32,000 nucleotides of DNA from Dubosiella newyorkensis (GCF_001945605.1 NZ_MPKA01000044.1:90001-122000); one strand, 5' to 3'; counted from the stretch's first letter, positions 17,518 through 25,698 are shown. Numbers and translations: made by a program. The notes: a model not told the origin generated them from the sequence alone.

Positions 17518-19976
17518 GCAGGCTCCGCTCCTTTCTCTTTTCGGATCGCTCCATTGCGGCAGATCGCTTTATATGGACAGCGCGTACACGCCCCTTCTTC
17601 GTGGACTGGCAAGATCTCGCCGGCTTTCAAACTCGTGAGGACCTGCTCGAGTTTTTCCTGAATCCCTTGTTCTTTTTCTTGGAATGTCGGAACTTTCTTT
17701 TTGACTTCAAGAAGAAGCTCGTCTTGGATGCCGCCAGGAAGATCTTGGACTTTCCAGCCTTTGATAAAGCGCTCATCGAGCACTTTGGCTTCGAATTGCT
17801 TATTCAAGATCGGCGAGGCGCTTGGCTGACTTGTCCGATAATTGACCGCATACGCGTTTTGTTTTTCGGCTTTTGGCTGTAAAGATAGATCATAGACCCC
17901 TAGTCCGCCTTCGTGGTCGCCAATACCCGCTTCGATCAAATTTGGATCTTGCACGATCAAAGAAAGCGATTTGGAATCAAAACCATCGATCGCGCCTTTC
18001 ATTTCAACATTCACATTGTCCCAAGAAAAGTTTTGATGCACTTCATATTCCTTATTCAATAAAGAAAGATGCAATTTGTCCTCGAATAAATCGAGTACTT
18101 GGATCAAGGAGAGCATTTCCATGCTGAATTCATCGATCAGTGTTTCGAAGCGCTTTTTCTTCGTCCAGAATACTTTCATCGCGAAAGAAAACTCTTCTTG
18201 AATGATTTGACGGATCGCTTCATGATCGATCGTTTGGAACCGCTCACTTTTATAGAGGCGAGCTTTTTGCAAGATCCTTGAAACGAGATCGCGATCAAGC
18301 TGGATCCCATCTTTTTTGTACGCTTTTTTGATTTGCAGTCCATAACGTAAATAATGACGCAAAGGACACCGGTTAAAAGTCTGGATCTTTGAATAATTCG
18401 ACGAGAAGCTGTTGTTTTTAAAAAAGAGCGAAGCGGCTTGCCCTTGCGCAAGAGCGAAGCGCGGCAGCGAGCCTCCATAAGGATCTAAGATCGCCTGGAA
18501 AGTCGGTCTTTTTTTCATCCACGCATCGAGTTCGCTCGAAGACTCCAGCGATTTGCCATGATAATCCGATTGAGGGATCAAGACGATCAAAGAATCGAGA
18601 GAATCCAGCGTGCCAAAGATGTTCTTTCGCTGCATCTGCAGCCGATCTTTCAAAGAAGGAAAGCCCGTGTTCTGCAAGTAGCTCTCGTCAAAGATCCCTC
18701 CATACACTTGAAGGGATGGAAAAAGCAAGGCGTGAGCACCTACGAGGATCGTTGTCTTACTCAAACCGCTCATCTCTTTCCTTCCGCCGACCAAGACGCC
18801 TTTGAGCGTATCGGCATTTTTATTGAATGTCTTTTTCTCCAGATATTGAATGAAGAGCGATAGGTCTTCTTGATCTTTAAGGTCCTCAAGAACAGAGGCG
18901 AGATCCTGCACGATCGCATCGAACATCGCTAGATCATCTTCGCTAGGATCTGGATGGAGCGACTGGATCAAAGTGCAGATCGATTCCATATCCTCTAAAG
19001 ACCATGTATCGATGAATTGGTGGGCGCGCTGAAATTTTTTAGCTTCAAGCTCGAGCTGCTGCCAGCGGATAAACTCTTCTTGCGAGATCAATGCGTTATC
19101 CTCGTATTCGATCAAAAGCAAGTCGACATCCGGAAACTGGCGCTCGTAGTCAACGAGTGCTTTGGAAGCATCCGGAAACAAAGTCTGGATCAAAGCGAGA
19201 AACGTTTCGTTGTTCTTGGTATGCAAATATTTTAAAACGGCGATAAACTCGTTTTTGATCGTAGAAAGCAAAGGACGCTTGAGTGGCGTATACGGAATGT
19301 GATGCGCATCAAAGATCTGCGAGAACACTTCAAGATCGCTTTCTTGAGCGAGGGCGATTAGACTATTTTCGATATCCACCTTTTTGCTCAAAAAAAGTTC
19401 CGCCAGCACTTCGATCTCTTTGCGCGTGTTGGCGCAGCTGAAATATTGAGGAGCCTCTTTTTGCTCGCCTTTGAGCAAGTGGGCGCCTTTCGACAGAAAA
19501 TGATCCGTCCAAAACAAGGATCCGATATCTTTTTCGCCTTCTAAAATATAGAGGTTCGAAAAATCGAGATCGAGCGCTTTTGCTTGTTTGAGAGTCGGAG
19601 AAAAAAGAGGGATCTTCTTTAATAAAGAAAGGATCGTATACAAGTCTTTTTCTTTCTGGCTCTGGTTTGGAAAATCGCTAACGTCCAATAAGGAAGCCAA
19701 TGATAAAAATTGAAGGCAAGCGTTCAAAAAGTCAAAATCATTTCGGGAATGATAAAACGTGTTTTTAGGATCTAAAGAAGAGAGCGCTCTTTGATATTTC
19801 ATCAAGATAGAGAGCTTGTTCTCTTTGTCTTGCTCAAAGAGCGTCTGCAAGTAGGTCTCTAAGGAATAGATCCGAATATTTAAACAATTTCCTTTTTGAG
19901 CAGCGATTTGCTCATATAAAGGAAGATGCAAAGATGTTGGGGCCAAGATTGTCGAATGATCAGGAATTCGAATCAT
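17514..19976 (-). CDS. addB: AddB/RexB-type partner subunit of AddAB (iron-sulfur cysteines present, nuclease motif apparently degenerate)
   Basis: Position upstream of addA with a 4-nt overlap. Cys at FNRCPLRHY plus a C-terminal CTRCPYKAIC (C-x2-C-x5-C). RecB-like GAIDGFD motif. RBS AAAGGAGC. Confidence 0.85.
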   Translation of the reverse strand: MIRIPDHSTILAPTSLHLPLYEQIAAQKGNCLNIRIYSLETYLQTLFEQDKENKLSILMKYQRALSSLDPKNTFYHSRNDFDFLNACLQFLSLASLLDVSDFPNQSQKEKDLYTILSLLKKIPLFSPTLKQAKALDLDFSNLYILEGEKDIGSLFWTDHFLSKGAHLLKGEQKEAPQYFSCANTRKEIEVLAELFLSKKVDIENSLIALAQESDLEVFSQIFDAHHIPYTPLKRPLLSTIKNEFIAVLKYLHTKNNETFLALIQTLFPDASKALVDYERQFPDVDLLLIEYEDNALISQEEFIRWQQLELEAKKFQRAHQFIDTWSLEDMESICTLIQSLHPDPSEDDLAMFDAIVQDLASVLEDLKDQEDLSLFIQYLEKKTFNKNADTLKGVLVGGRKEMSGLSKTTILVGAHALLFPSLQVYGGIFDESYLQNTGFPSLKDRLQMQRKNIFGTLDSLDSLIVLIPQSDYHGKSLESSSELDAWMKKRPTFQAILDPYGGSLPRFALAQGQAASLFFKNNSFSSNYSKIQTFNRCPLRHYLRYGLQIKKAYKKDGIQLDRDLVSRILQKARLYKSERFQTIDHEAIRQIIQEEFSFAMKVFWTKKKRFETLIDEFSMEMLSLIQVLDLFEDKLHLSLLNKEYEVHQNFSWDNVNVEMKGAIDGFDSKSLSLIVQDPNLIEAGIGDHEGGLGVYDLSLQPKAEKQNAYAVNYRTSQPSASPILNKQFEAKVLDERFIKGWKVQDLPGGIQDELLLEVKKKVPTFQEKEQGIQEKLEQVLTSLKAGEILPVHEEGACTRCPYKAICRNGAIRKEKGAEPA

Positions 19977-19998
19977 AGATTGCTCCTTTCATGTAGGT

Positions 19999-20007
19999 AT
20001 TCTAGCA
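19999..20007 (-). promoter_or_regulatory. Extended -10 element TGCTAGAAT for addBA
   Basis: The minus strand reads ATGCTAGAATACC, about 23 nt upstream of the addB ATG and before the RBS. Confidence 0.45.
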
Positions 20008-20231
20008 TAATTTGTGACTTTATTTATGTCATAAATCAAGAGAAGTTTTACTTTGTTCTCTTTCTAAAGGACTTATCCATTCCGGATATATGCCCGTATA
20101 AAGGCAAGCCGCTTTCGTTTCTAGCAGGCTATTAGCCGTTTTGCTTCGTTGTGTAAAGTCATGCTAGGTCCTTTCTTTTTTACTCATTTTATCACGCTCT
20201 AAGTTGGATGATTTCATAAAAAGAGAAGCAG

Positions 20232-20240
20232 TGTTATAAT
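20232..20240 (+). promoter_or_regulatory. Extended -10 element TGTTATAAT for the yitT-to-tagO gene string
   Basis: TG-T-TATAAT at 20232-20240, 22 nt upstream of the ATG at 20263. RBS AAGGAT at 20251-20256. Confidence 0.5.
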
Positions 20241-20262
20241 TTCAAAAGATAAGGATAGCTTT

Positions 20263-21135
20263 ATGGAAACAAAAAAAGATCTCTTCAAACAAATCATATT
20301 CATTCTTTTAGGAAATTGTATATTGGCGGCAGCTGTTTCGTTTTTGATCTTGCCCAACAACATTTTGACAGGCGGGGTCGCCGGCGTAGCGGTCGCTTTA
20401 GAACCTTTGATCCATATCAAACCCGTATATGTCATTGATTTCTTGACGATTGGCCTTTTTATTGTGGGCGCCATTTTTTTAGGGAAGCGCTTCGCGATGC
20501 GAACGATCGTATCGACGATCATCTATCCAATGCTCGTCACGACTTTTTCATGGATCGCCACCGCTTTTTTTCCGGAAGGAACGTTTTTGATGGAGCCCCT
20601 TCTTGCTTCGCTCTATTCTGGCTTATTCATGGGGATCGGCGTCGGATTGGTGTTTAAAGTGGACGCTAGCACAGGAGGCATGGATATTCCCGCTTTGATC
20701 ATGCATAAATATATCCGCATCAAAGAAGGAGACGCGGTGATGATCATCGATACCCTCACCGTTCTTTTAGGATTGTATACGTATGGTTTGCAGCCCGCTT
20801 TGATCGGGATCGTCTCGGTTGTCGTCTCTGGAGTGGCGATCAATCGCATGATCATGCTCGGGACCCAAGCGGCCATGAACGTGATGATCATCTCCGAAAA
20901 GTGGGATACGATCCGTTCCGCTTTGATGGACCATGTCGGAAGAGGGGTCACGCTTTTGGACGCGAAAGGTGGCTATCATGACAAAAAAAGACCAGTGGTC
21001 ATGTGTGTCATTACCCAACATCAATATCCGCAGCTTGAACAGATCGTCAACGCGATCGATCCGCAAGCGTTTTTTATCGTCAACAACGTCCATTCCGTTC
21101 ATGGAGAAGGATTCTCGCAAGGAGAGCGTCTATGA
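20263..21135 (+). CDS. YitT-family integral membrane protein (DUF2179 C-terminal domain)
   Basis: N-terminus (LLGNCILAAAVSFLILPNNILTGGVAGVAVAL) and a second GG(M)D repeat are typical of YitT/YpjC proteins, with a soluble C-terminal DUF2179-like domain. Confidence 0.85.
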   Translation: METKKDLFKQIIFILLGNCILAAAVSFLILPNNILTGGVAGVAVALEPLIHIKPVYVIDFLTIGLFIVGAIFLGKRFAMRTIVSTIIYPMLVTTFSWIATAFFPEGTFLMEPLLASLYSGLFMGIGVGLVFKVDASTGGMDIPALIMHKYIRIKEGDAVMIIDTLTVLLGLYTYGLQPALIGIVSVVVSGVAINRMIMLGTQAAMNVMIISEKWDTIRSALMDHVGRGVTLLDAKGGYHDKKRPVVMCVITQHQYPQLEQIVNAIDPQAFFIVNNVHSVHGEGFSQGERL

Positions 21136-21665
21136 AACGCAAGATCAAAGAAATCATTGTCGTGGAAGGAAAACACGATACCCAGCGCCTCCAGCAATAT
21201 TTTGAATGCGATACGATCGAGACGCATGGAAAATCGCTGGACCCTGAGATCTTAGAGCGGATCGAGGCAGCCCAAAAGACAAGAGGGATCATCGTCTTTA
21301 CCGATCCAGACTCGCCAGGAGAATATATTCGGCGTACCATACAACAGCGTGTACCACAAGCCAAACACGCGTTTATTGAAAAAGAGAAAGCGAAGACAAG
21401 CAAAAAAGTCGGCATCGAGCACGCCAGCATGAGTGATTTGTGGAACTCTTTAGAACGTTGCGTCAGCTTCACAAATACCGATCCGTCTTTGAGCTGGGAA
21501 GAATTTATCGATTTTGGACTTGTCGGAAATAAAGAAAAAAGAAATAAAGTGTGCCAAGAAGTTGGGATCGGGATTTGCAATGCCAAAACGTGTTTTAAAC
21601 GCTTGCGGGCGATGAATATCGATCCAGCCAAACTCGCCCAGATCTTGAAGGAGGAGCAATCATGA
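21132..21665 (+). CDS. rnmV: Ribonuclease M5 (5S rRNA maturase, Toprim domain)
   Basis: IIVVEGKHDTQRL and IIVFTDPDSPGEYIR Toprim motifs. Conserved position upstream of rsmA. ATGA overlap with the yitT-family gene. Confidence 0.92.
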   Translation: MKRKIKEIIVVEGKHDTQRLQQYFECDTIETHGKSLDPEILERIEAAQKTRGIIVFTDPDSPGEYIRRTIQQRVPQAKHAFIEKEKAKTSKKVGIEHASMSDLWNSLERCVSFTNTDPSLSWEEFIDFGLVGNKEKRNKVCQEVGIGICNAKTCFKRLRAMNIDPAKLAQILKEEQS

Positions 21666-22549
21666 AGGATGCTATCGCGACAGTCCGCAAAACAAGAGAG
21701 ATTCAAGAAAAATATGGAGTCTATACGAAAAAATCATTTGGACAGAACTTCATCATCGAACCGAAAATTGTCGAGAAGATCGCCGATGCAGCCATCCAAG
21801 ATCCAAGCGACCTCGTGATCGAAGTAGGTCCTGGAATTGGAGCGCTCACCCAGTTTTTATGCGAGAAAAGCGACCATGTGATCGCTTTTGAAATCGATGA
21901 AAGACTTCCGCGCGTGCTTGAACAGGAAATCGGCTTCGAGCACCTTGAACTCATCATGCAAGATTTTCTAGAGGCCGATATCGATTCGATCATCGAAGAA
22001 CGTCGCCAAGAAGGGCAGCGTGTCGATTTTGTTTCCAATTTGCCTTACTACATCACCACCCCGATCTTATTCAAGCTTTTTGAAGCGAAAGTGCACATCG
22101 ATTCGATCACCGTGATGATGCAAAAAGAAGTGGGAGAACGCTTTCTTGCCAAAGACAATGAGAAAGCCTACAACGCGTTAAGCGTGATCAGCCAATATCG
22201 CTGTTCGATCAAAAAAGTCATGGACGTGTCCCGCCACGTCTTTTGGCCAAAGCCGAATGTCGATTCGATGGTGCTGCAATTCCGGTTTCATTCGACCTAT
22301 CAAGTCCAAGACGAGCCGCTCTTTTTTCAAATGGTCAAAGCTTGCTTCGTCCAACGTCGCAAGACGCTATATAATAACTTGCAAGCGTGGCTTCCAGACA
22401 AAGAACAAGTTAAACAAATGCTTGAAAAAGCGAACATCGATCCTTCTATACGGGCCCAGCAGCTCAAATTAGAAGATTTTATACGATTATATGAGGAAAA
22501 TTATGAAACGATACGCGCCAGCCAAAATCAACATCGCGCTGAACATTAA
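21662..22549 (+). CDS. rsmA: 16S rRNA (adenine1518/1519-N6)-dimethyltransferase
   Basis: KKSFGQNFI, EVGPGIGALT and SNLPYYITTPI motifs. ATGA overlap with rnmV. Confidence 0.95.
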   Translation: MKDAIATVRKTREIQEKYGVYTKKSFGQNFIIEPKIVEKIADAAIQDPSDLVIEVGPGIGALTQFLCEKSDHVIAFEIDERLPRVLEQEIGFEHLELIMQDFLEADIDSIIEERRQEGQRVDFVSNLPYYITTPILFKLFEAKVHIDSITVMMQKEVGERFLAKDNEKAYNALSVISQYRCSIKKVMDVSRHVFWPKPNVDSMVLQFRFHSTYQVQDEPLFFQMVKACFVQRRKTLYNNLQAWLPDKEQVKQMLEKANIDPSIRAQQLKLEDFIRLYEENYETIRASQNQHRAEH

Positions 22550-23342
22550 AGGCGTTCTTGAAAATGGATATCATGATCTCGATATGATCATGGCTCCTAT
22601 CTCGCTCTATGACGAGATCGAGATCGAACCAAGCGATCAAGGACAAGATGAGATCGTTTTTGTCGGAATGGAAATTCCAAAGCACAACACCGTCCAAAAA
22701 GCGGTCGAACTCATGCGCCAAGCGGCTGGATTTTCGACACATTATTCGATCCGGATCCATAAAAACATCCCCTCGCAAGCCGGTCTTGGAGGGGGAAGCG
22801 CGGATGCGGCATGTGTCATGCACGCGATCAACGAGATGGAAATGCTCTGTCTTGATACCGAACAGCTGATCGAGATTGGCAAAAAAGTGGGAGCGGACGT
22901 TCCGTTTTGCCTTTTTAGTCGCTGGGCGAGGGTACAAGGCTTTGGGGAAGTGATCCAGCCGATCCAAAGCGATTGGAAGTTTTCGATCTTGCTCGTAAAG
23001 CCCAAAGAAGGTGTCTCAACGCCAGAAGCCTTCAAAATGTGGGATCGATCAAATCGAGTGCAATACGATGTCGATCTTGTCCAAAGAGCGCTCGAAAAAG
23101 AAAACGCGGAGCTTTTGTTCACGACGATGGCCAACGCCTTAGAAAGTCCAAGCCAAGAGCTTCTGCCGGTTTTAGAACAAATCAAGGACGACATGTATGG
23201 AGAAGGGATCGTGCAAGCGATGATGTCGGGTTCGGGTTCGACGATCATGGGCTTCAGCGTCGATGAAGAAGTGCTCGAATATGCGAAAAAGCAGCTGGAG
23301 CCCTATTATGAATTCGTAGAAATCGTACAAGTCGGATCGTAG
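22503..23342 (+). CDS. ispE: 4-diphosphocytidyl-2-C-methyl-D-erythritol kinase (MEP pathway)
   Basis: N-terminal APAKINIALNI...GYHDL and GHMP-kinase motif PSQAGLGGGSADAA. ATG at 22503 is preceded by GAGGA. It overlaps the rsmA 3' end by 47 nt. Confidence 0.93.
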   Translation: MKRYAPAKINIALNIKGVLENGYHDLDMIMAPISLYDEIEIEPSDQGQDEIVFVGMEIPKHNTVQKAVELMRQAAGFSTHYSIRIHKNIPSQAGLGGGSADAACVMHAINEMEMLCLDTEQLIEIGKKVGADVPFCLFSRWARVQGFGEVIQPIQSDWKFSILLVKPKEGVSTPEAFKMWDRSNRVQYDVDLVQRALEKENAELLFTTMANALESPSQELLPVLEQIKDDMYGEGIVQAMMSGSGSTIMGFSVDEEVLEYAKKQLEPYYEFVEIVQVGS

Positions 23343-23355
23343 AAAGGGGGCTATT

Positions 23356-23565
23356 ATGTCATATGCCATCATTAAATTGATCGTATTTTTCGTTTGTTTC
23401 GGGATCAGTTTCTACGCGTGTTCCGCGATCCAGTTTGAAAAGATCATGAAAGTCAGACAGCCAGGCAAAGTGATCGTGATGCTATTTTTGTTGTCGCTGA
23501 TCATGGGCTATTTGAGCGCGCAGGCGATCTTAGAGCTTACGATCATGAATGGATTGGGAATGTGA
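23356..23565 (+). CDS. Small two-TM membrane protein, DUF1146/YwzB-like
   Basis: 69 aa with two hydrophobic helices separated by a basic loop (FEKIMKVRQPGK). Size and pattern resemble the YwzB family as I recall it. It starts 13 nt after ispE and ends 1 nt before the next gene. Confidence 0.6.
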   Translation: MSYAIIKLIVFFVCFGISFYACSAIQFEKIMKVRQPGKVIVMLFLLSLIMGYLSAQAILELTIMNGLGM

Positions 23566-23566
23566 T

Positions 23567-24499
23567 ATGTTCGAGAGATGGTATGTATTAGAAGCAGGCG
23601 CTTCCATGCTCCGCCTCTACGATCCCAAAGAAGATCTGCTGATCCGATTTCCAACATGTTATTTAGAAGAAGATGGACGAGTGATCGCCTATGGAAACGA
23701 GGCGCTCCAGTCTATCCTTCATCCTAATATTCATCGGCGCATCACCTATCCTCTTGAGGATGGACGGATCTTGCATGAAGTCAGCGGACTTCTTCAGAAC
23801 GCCTTTCAAAAAGCCAATGTACATGAGCATCTACTCAAGCCAAGCTTGATCGTTTACGCTCCTTTTTCTTTAGGGGAAAAAGAAAAAGAGAAATGGACGG
23901 AGATCTTATTGAATCTAGGAATCAAAAAAGTGCGGTTCGTGAATTTGATCGAGCTTTACGAAAAAAGAGGAGGCACTCATTTTTTGATCCATGCTGGCCA
24001 TTCGTTATGCGAAATGGCGATCTTCATTCATGGAAAATGTCAAATCTATAAATCGATCCCTTTTGCGGGCAAACAAGTGGATGAAAATATCCAGCAAGCG
24101 ATCGCCCACAAAAAGAATTGCTTGATCTCGCAAGAAGAAGCAAAACGCCTCAAGGAAGAAGCGAATATTTCGTTCCAAAGAAAGCTTCCAAGTCCGCTAC
24201 ACGGAATCGGTATGGACCGCTATCAGCGATTCGTCTCGTTTTCGATCCTTTCTTCGGATCTATGGCCAAGCGTTGATGAGGTCGAAAAACAAATCATCCT
24301 ATGGGCTAAATCGCTTTTTGATACGCTTTCTTTACCGGCGAAAGCGCAAATCGCGCAAAAAGGAATCGAATTGACGGGCGGATCCGCCAATTTATACTCA
24401 TTGTCCTCTCGGCTGCAAGAACAGCTGCAATGTCCGATCTTTTGTTCAAACGATCCCGAATATGATATGCTCAAGCTCATAAAGGAGAATTTTTTGTGA
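23567..24499 (+). CDS. Divergent MreB/actin-fold protein with substituted nucleotide-binding motifs
   Basis: It reads colinear with MreB along its full length: VIAYGNEAL, PLEDGRIL, KPSLIVYAP, FLIHAGHSLCEMAIF, FAGKQVDENI, GIELTGGSANL, NDPEYDML. ATG at 23567 (MFERWY). Confidence 0.75.
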   Translation: MFERWYVLEAGASMLRLYDPKEDLLIRFPTCYLEEDGRVIAYGNEALQSILHPNIHRRITYPLEDGRILHEVSGLLQNAFQKANVHEHLLKPSLIVYAPFSLGEKEKEKWTEILLNLGIKKVRFVNLIELYEKRGGTHFLIHAGHSLCEMAIFIHGKCQIYKSIPFAGKQVDENIQQAIAHKKNCLISQEEAKRLKEEANISFQRKLPSPLHGIGMDRYQRFVSFSILSSDLWPSVDEVEKQIILWAKSLFDTLSLPAKAQIAQKGIELTGGSANLYSLSSRLQEQLQCPIFCSNDPEYDMLKLIKENFL

Positions 24500-25572
24500 T
24501 TGAATCCGCTTATTTATTGGTGCCTTTTTTGATCTCTCTTGTTTTGACGCCTTTAGTCAAACAATACTCGATCCCGGCTCAAACATACGCAAAAGAAAAT
24601 CATCGGACCGTTCACCATGGTAAGATTTCTAGGATCGGTGGGGTCGCGATCTATTTATCGTTTATGATCAGCATGGCGATCTATATGAAGGCGGACCGCG
24701 CGATCACAGGCATCATTCTAGGTGGATCGATCATGTTCTTTACCGGCTTGGTCGACGATCTGATCGACATCAAACCTCCTGTCAAGCTATTCTTTGAAGT
24801 GGTCGCGGCGCTTGTCTTGATTTATTACGGAGTGCAGGTGGACCGGATCCGTCTGCCCTTTGGTTTGACAATCGATTTTGGATTGATCTCGTTTTTGTTT
24901 ACGATCATCTGGATCGCGGGGATCACCAACGCGGTCAATTTGATCGATGGGCTCGATGGGCTTTCTGGAGGCATGAGCGTGATCATATTAGTCGTGATCG
25001 GGTGCATCGCCTTGATCGAAAGAAGACCGGATATCGTCTCGCTCGCCTTTATCCTAGCCGGAAGCACGTTTGGCTTTTTGATCTATAATTCACATCCTGC
25101 CAGTATCTTCATGGGAGATTGCGGCTCTTTGTTTCTAGGGTCGATGATTTCGGCGATCTCGATCGTCGGATTTAAATCGAGCACGATCTTGACGCTCGCT
25201 TTGCCGATCTTGTTGCTGATCATCCCGATCATCGATACGCTTTCCGCGATCTTGAGACGGACCCTCAAAGGAATGAAGTTTTCGCAAGCGGATAAAAGCC
25301 ACCTGCACCATTTATTGATGAAGCAGTTTGGCCATCGCAATACAGTGATCATCATGTGCGGATTTACGGCGCTGTTTGGCTTGAGCGCCTATGTTTATAT
25401 GATCAATCGAAACCTTGGCTTTTTTACGATGCTCGCTCTTCTGTTCTTTGTCGAGCTGTTCATTGAAAAGTCGGCGATGATCTCGGAGAAATTTCATCCG
25501 CTTCTTGGCTTATGGCATCGGATCAAACGAGTATGGACAAAAAAAATCAAAAATAAAGGAGAAGACAAGTGA
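24496..25572 (+). CDS. Glycosyltransferase family 4 undecaprenyl-phosphate HexNAc-1-phosphate transferase (TagO/WecA-like)
   Basis: GLVDDLIDI, NAVNLIDGLDGL and IFMGDCGSLFLG motifs in a polytopic membrane protein. GTG start at 24496 with RBS AAAGGAGA (24481-24488). 4-nt overlap with the MreB-like gene. Confidence 0.9.
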   Translation: MIESAYLLVPFLISLVLTPLVKQYSIPAQTYAKENHRTVHHGKISRIGGVAIYLSFMISMAIYMKADRAITGIILGGSIMFFTGLVDDLIDIKPPVKLFFEVVAALVLIYYGVQVDRIRLPFGLTIDFGLISFLFTIIWIAGITNAVNLIDGLDGLSGGMSVIILVVIGCIALIERRPDIVSLAFILAGSTFGFLIYNSHPASIFMGDCGSLFLGSMISAISIVGFKSSTILTLALPILLLIIPIIDTLSAILRRTLKGMKFSQADKSHLHHLLMKQFGHRNTVIIMCGFTALFGLSAYVYMINRNLGFFTMLALLFFVELFIEKSAMISEKFHPLLGLWHRIKRVWTKKIKNKGEDK

Positions 25573-25592
25573 TGTTTTCTCTTTTATTTTTG
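25556..25592 (+). terminator. Weak candidate intrinsic terminator at the tagO-like 3' end
   Basis: AAGGAGAA (25556-25563) pairs with TTCTCTTT (25577-25584) with one G-U, followed by a T-rich tail (TATTTTT). The loop is long. Confidence 0.3.
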
Positions 25593-25698
25593 ATTGGAGC
25601 GAACTTATCGCTCGAATGTATGGACAAGCTCTCGGACAAGACTTACTGTAATGATATATATTTTTTTCATATCTAAAATGAAGCGCTGTTTTCTCTTA

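Noticed and set aside
20122-20163. Tiny ORFs in the addB/yitT spacer: a minus-strand 13-codon ORF MTLHNEAKRLIAC with AAAGGA 6 nt upstream, and a plus-strand MLGPFFFTHFITL starting at 20161.
   Set aside because: They are too short to evaluate and have no known leader-peptide logic for addBA or yitT. I kept only the structural observation as a finding.
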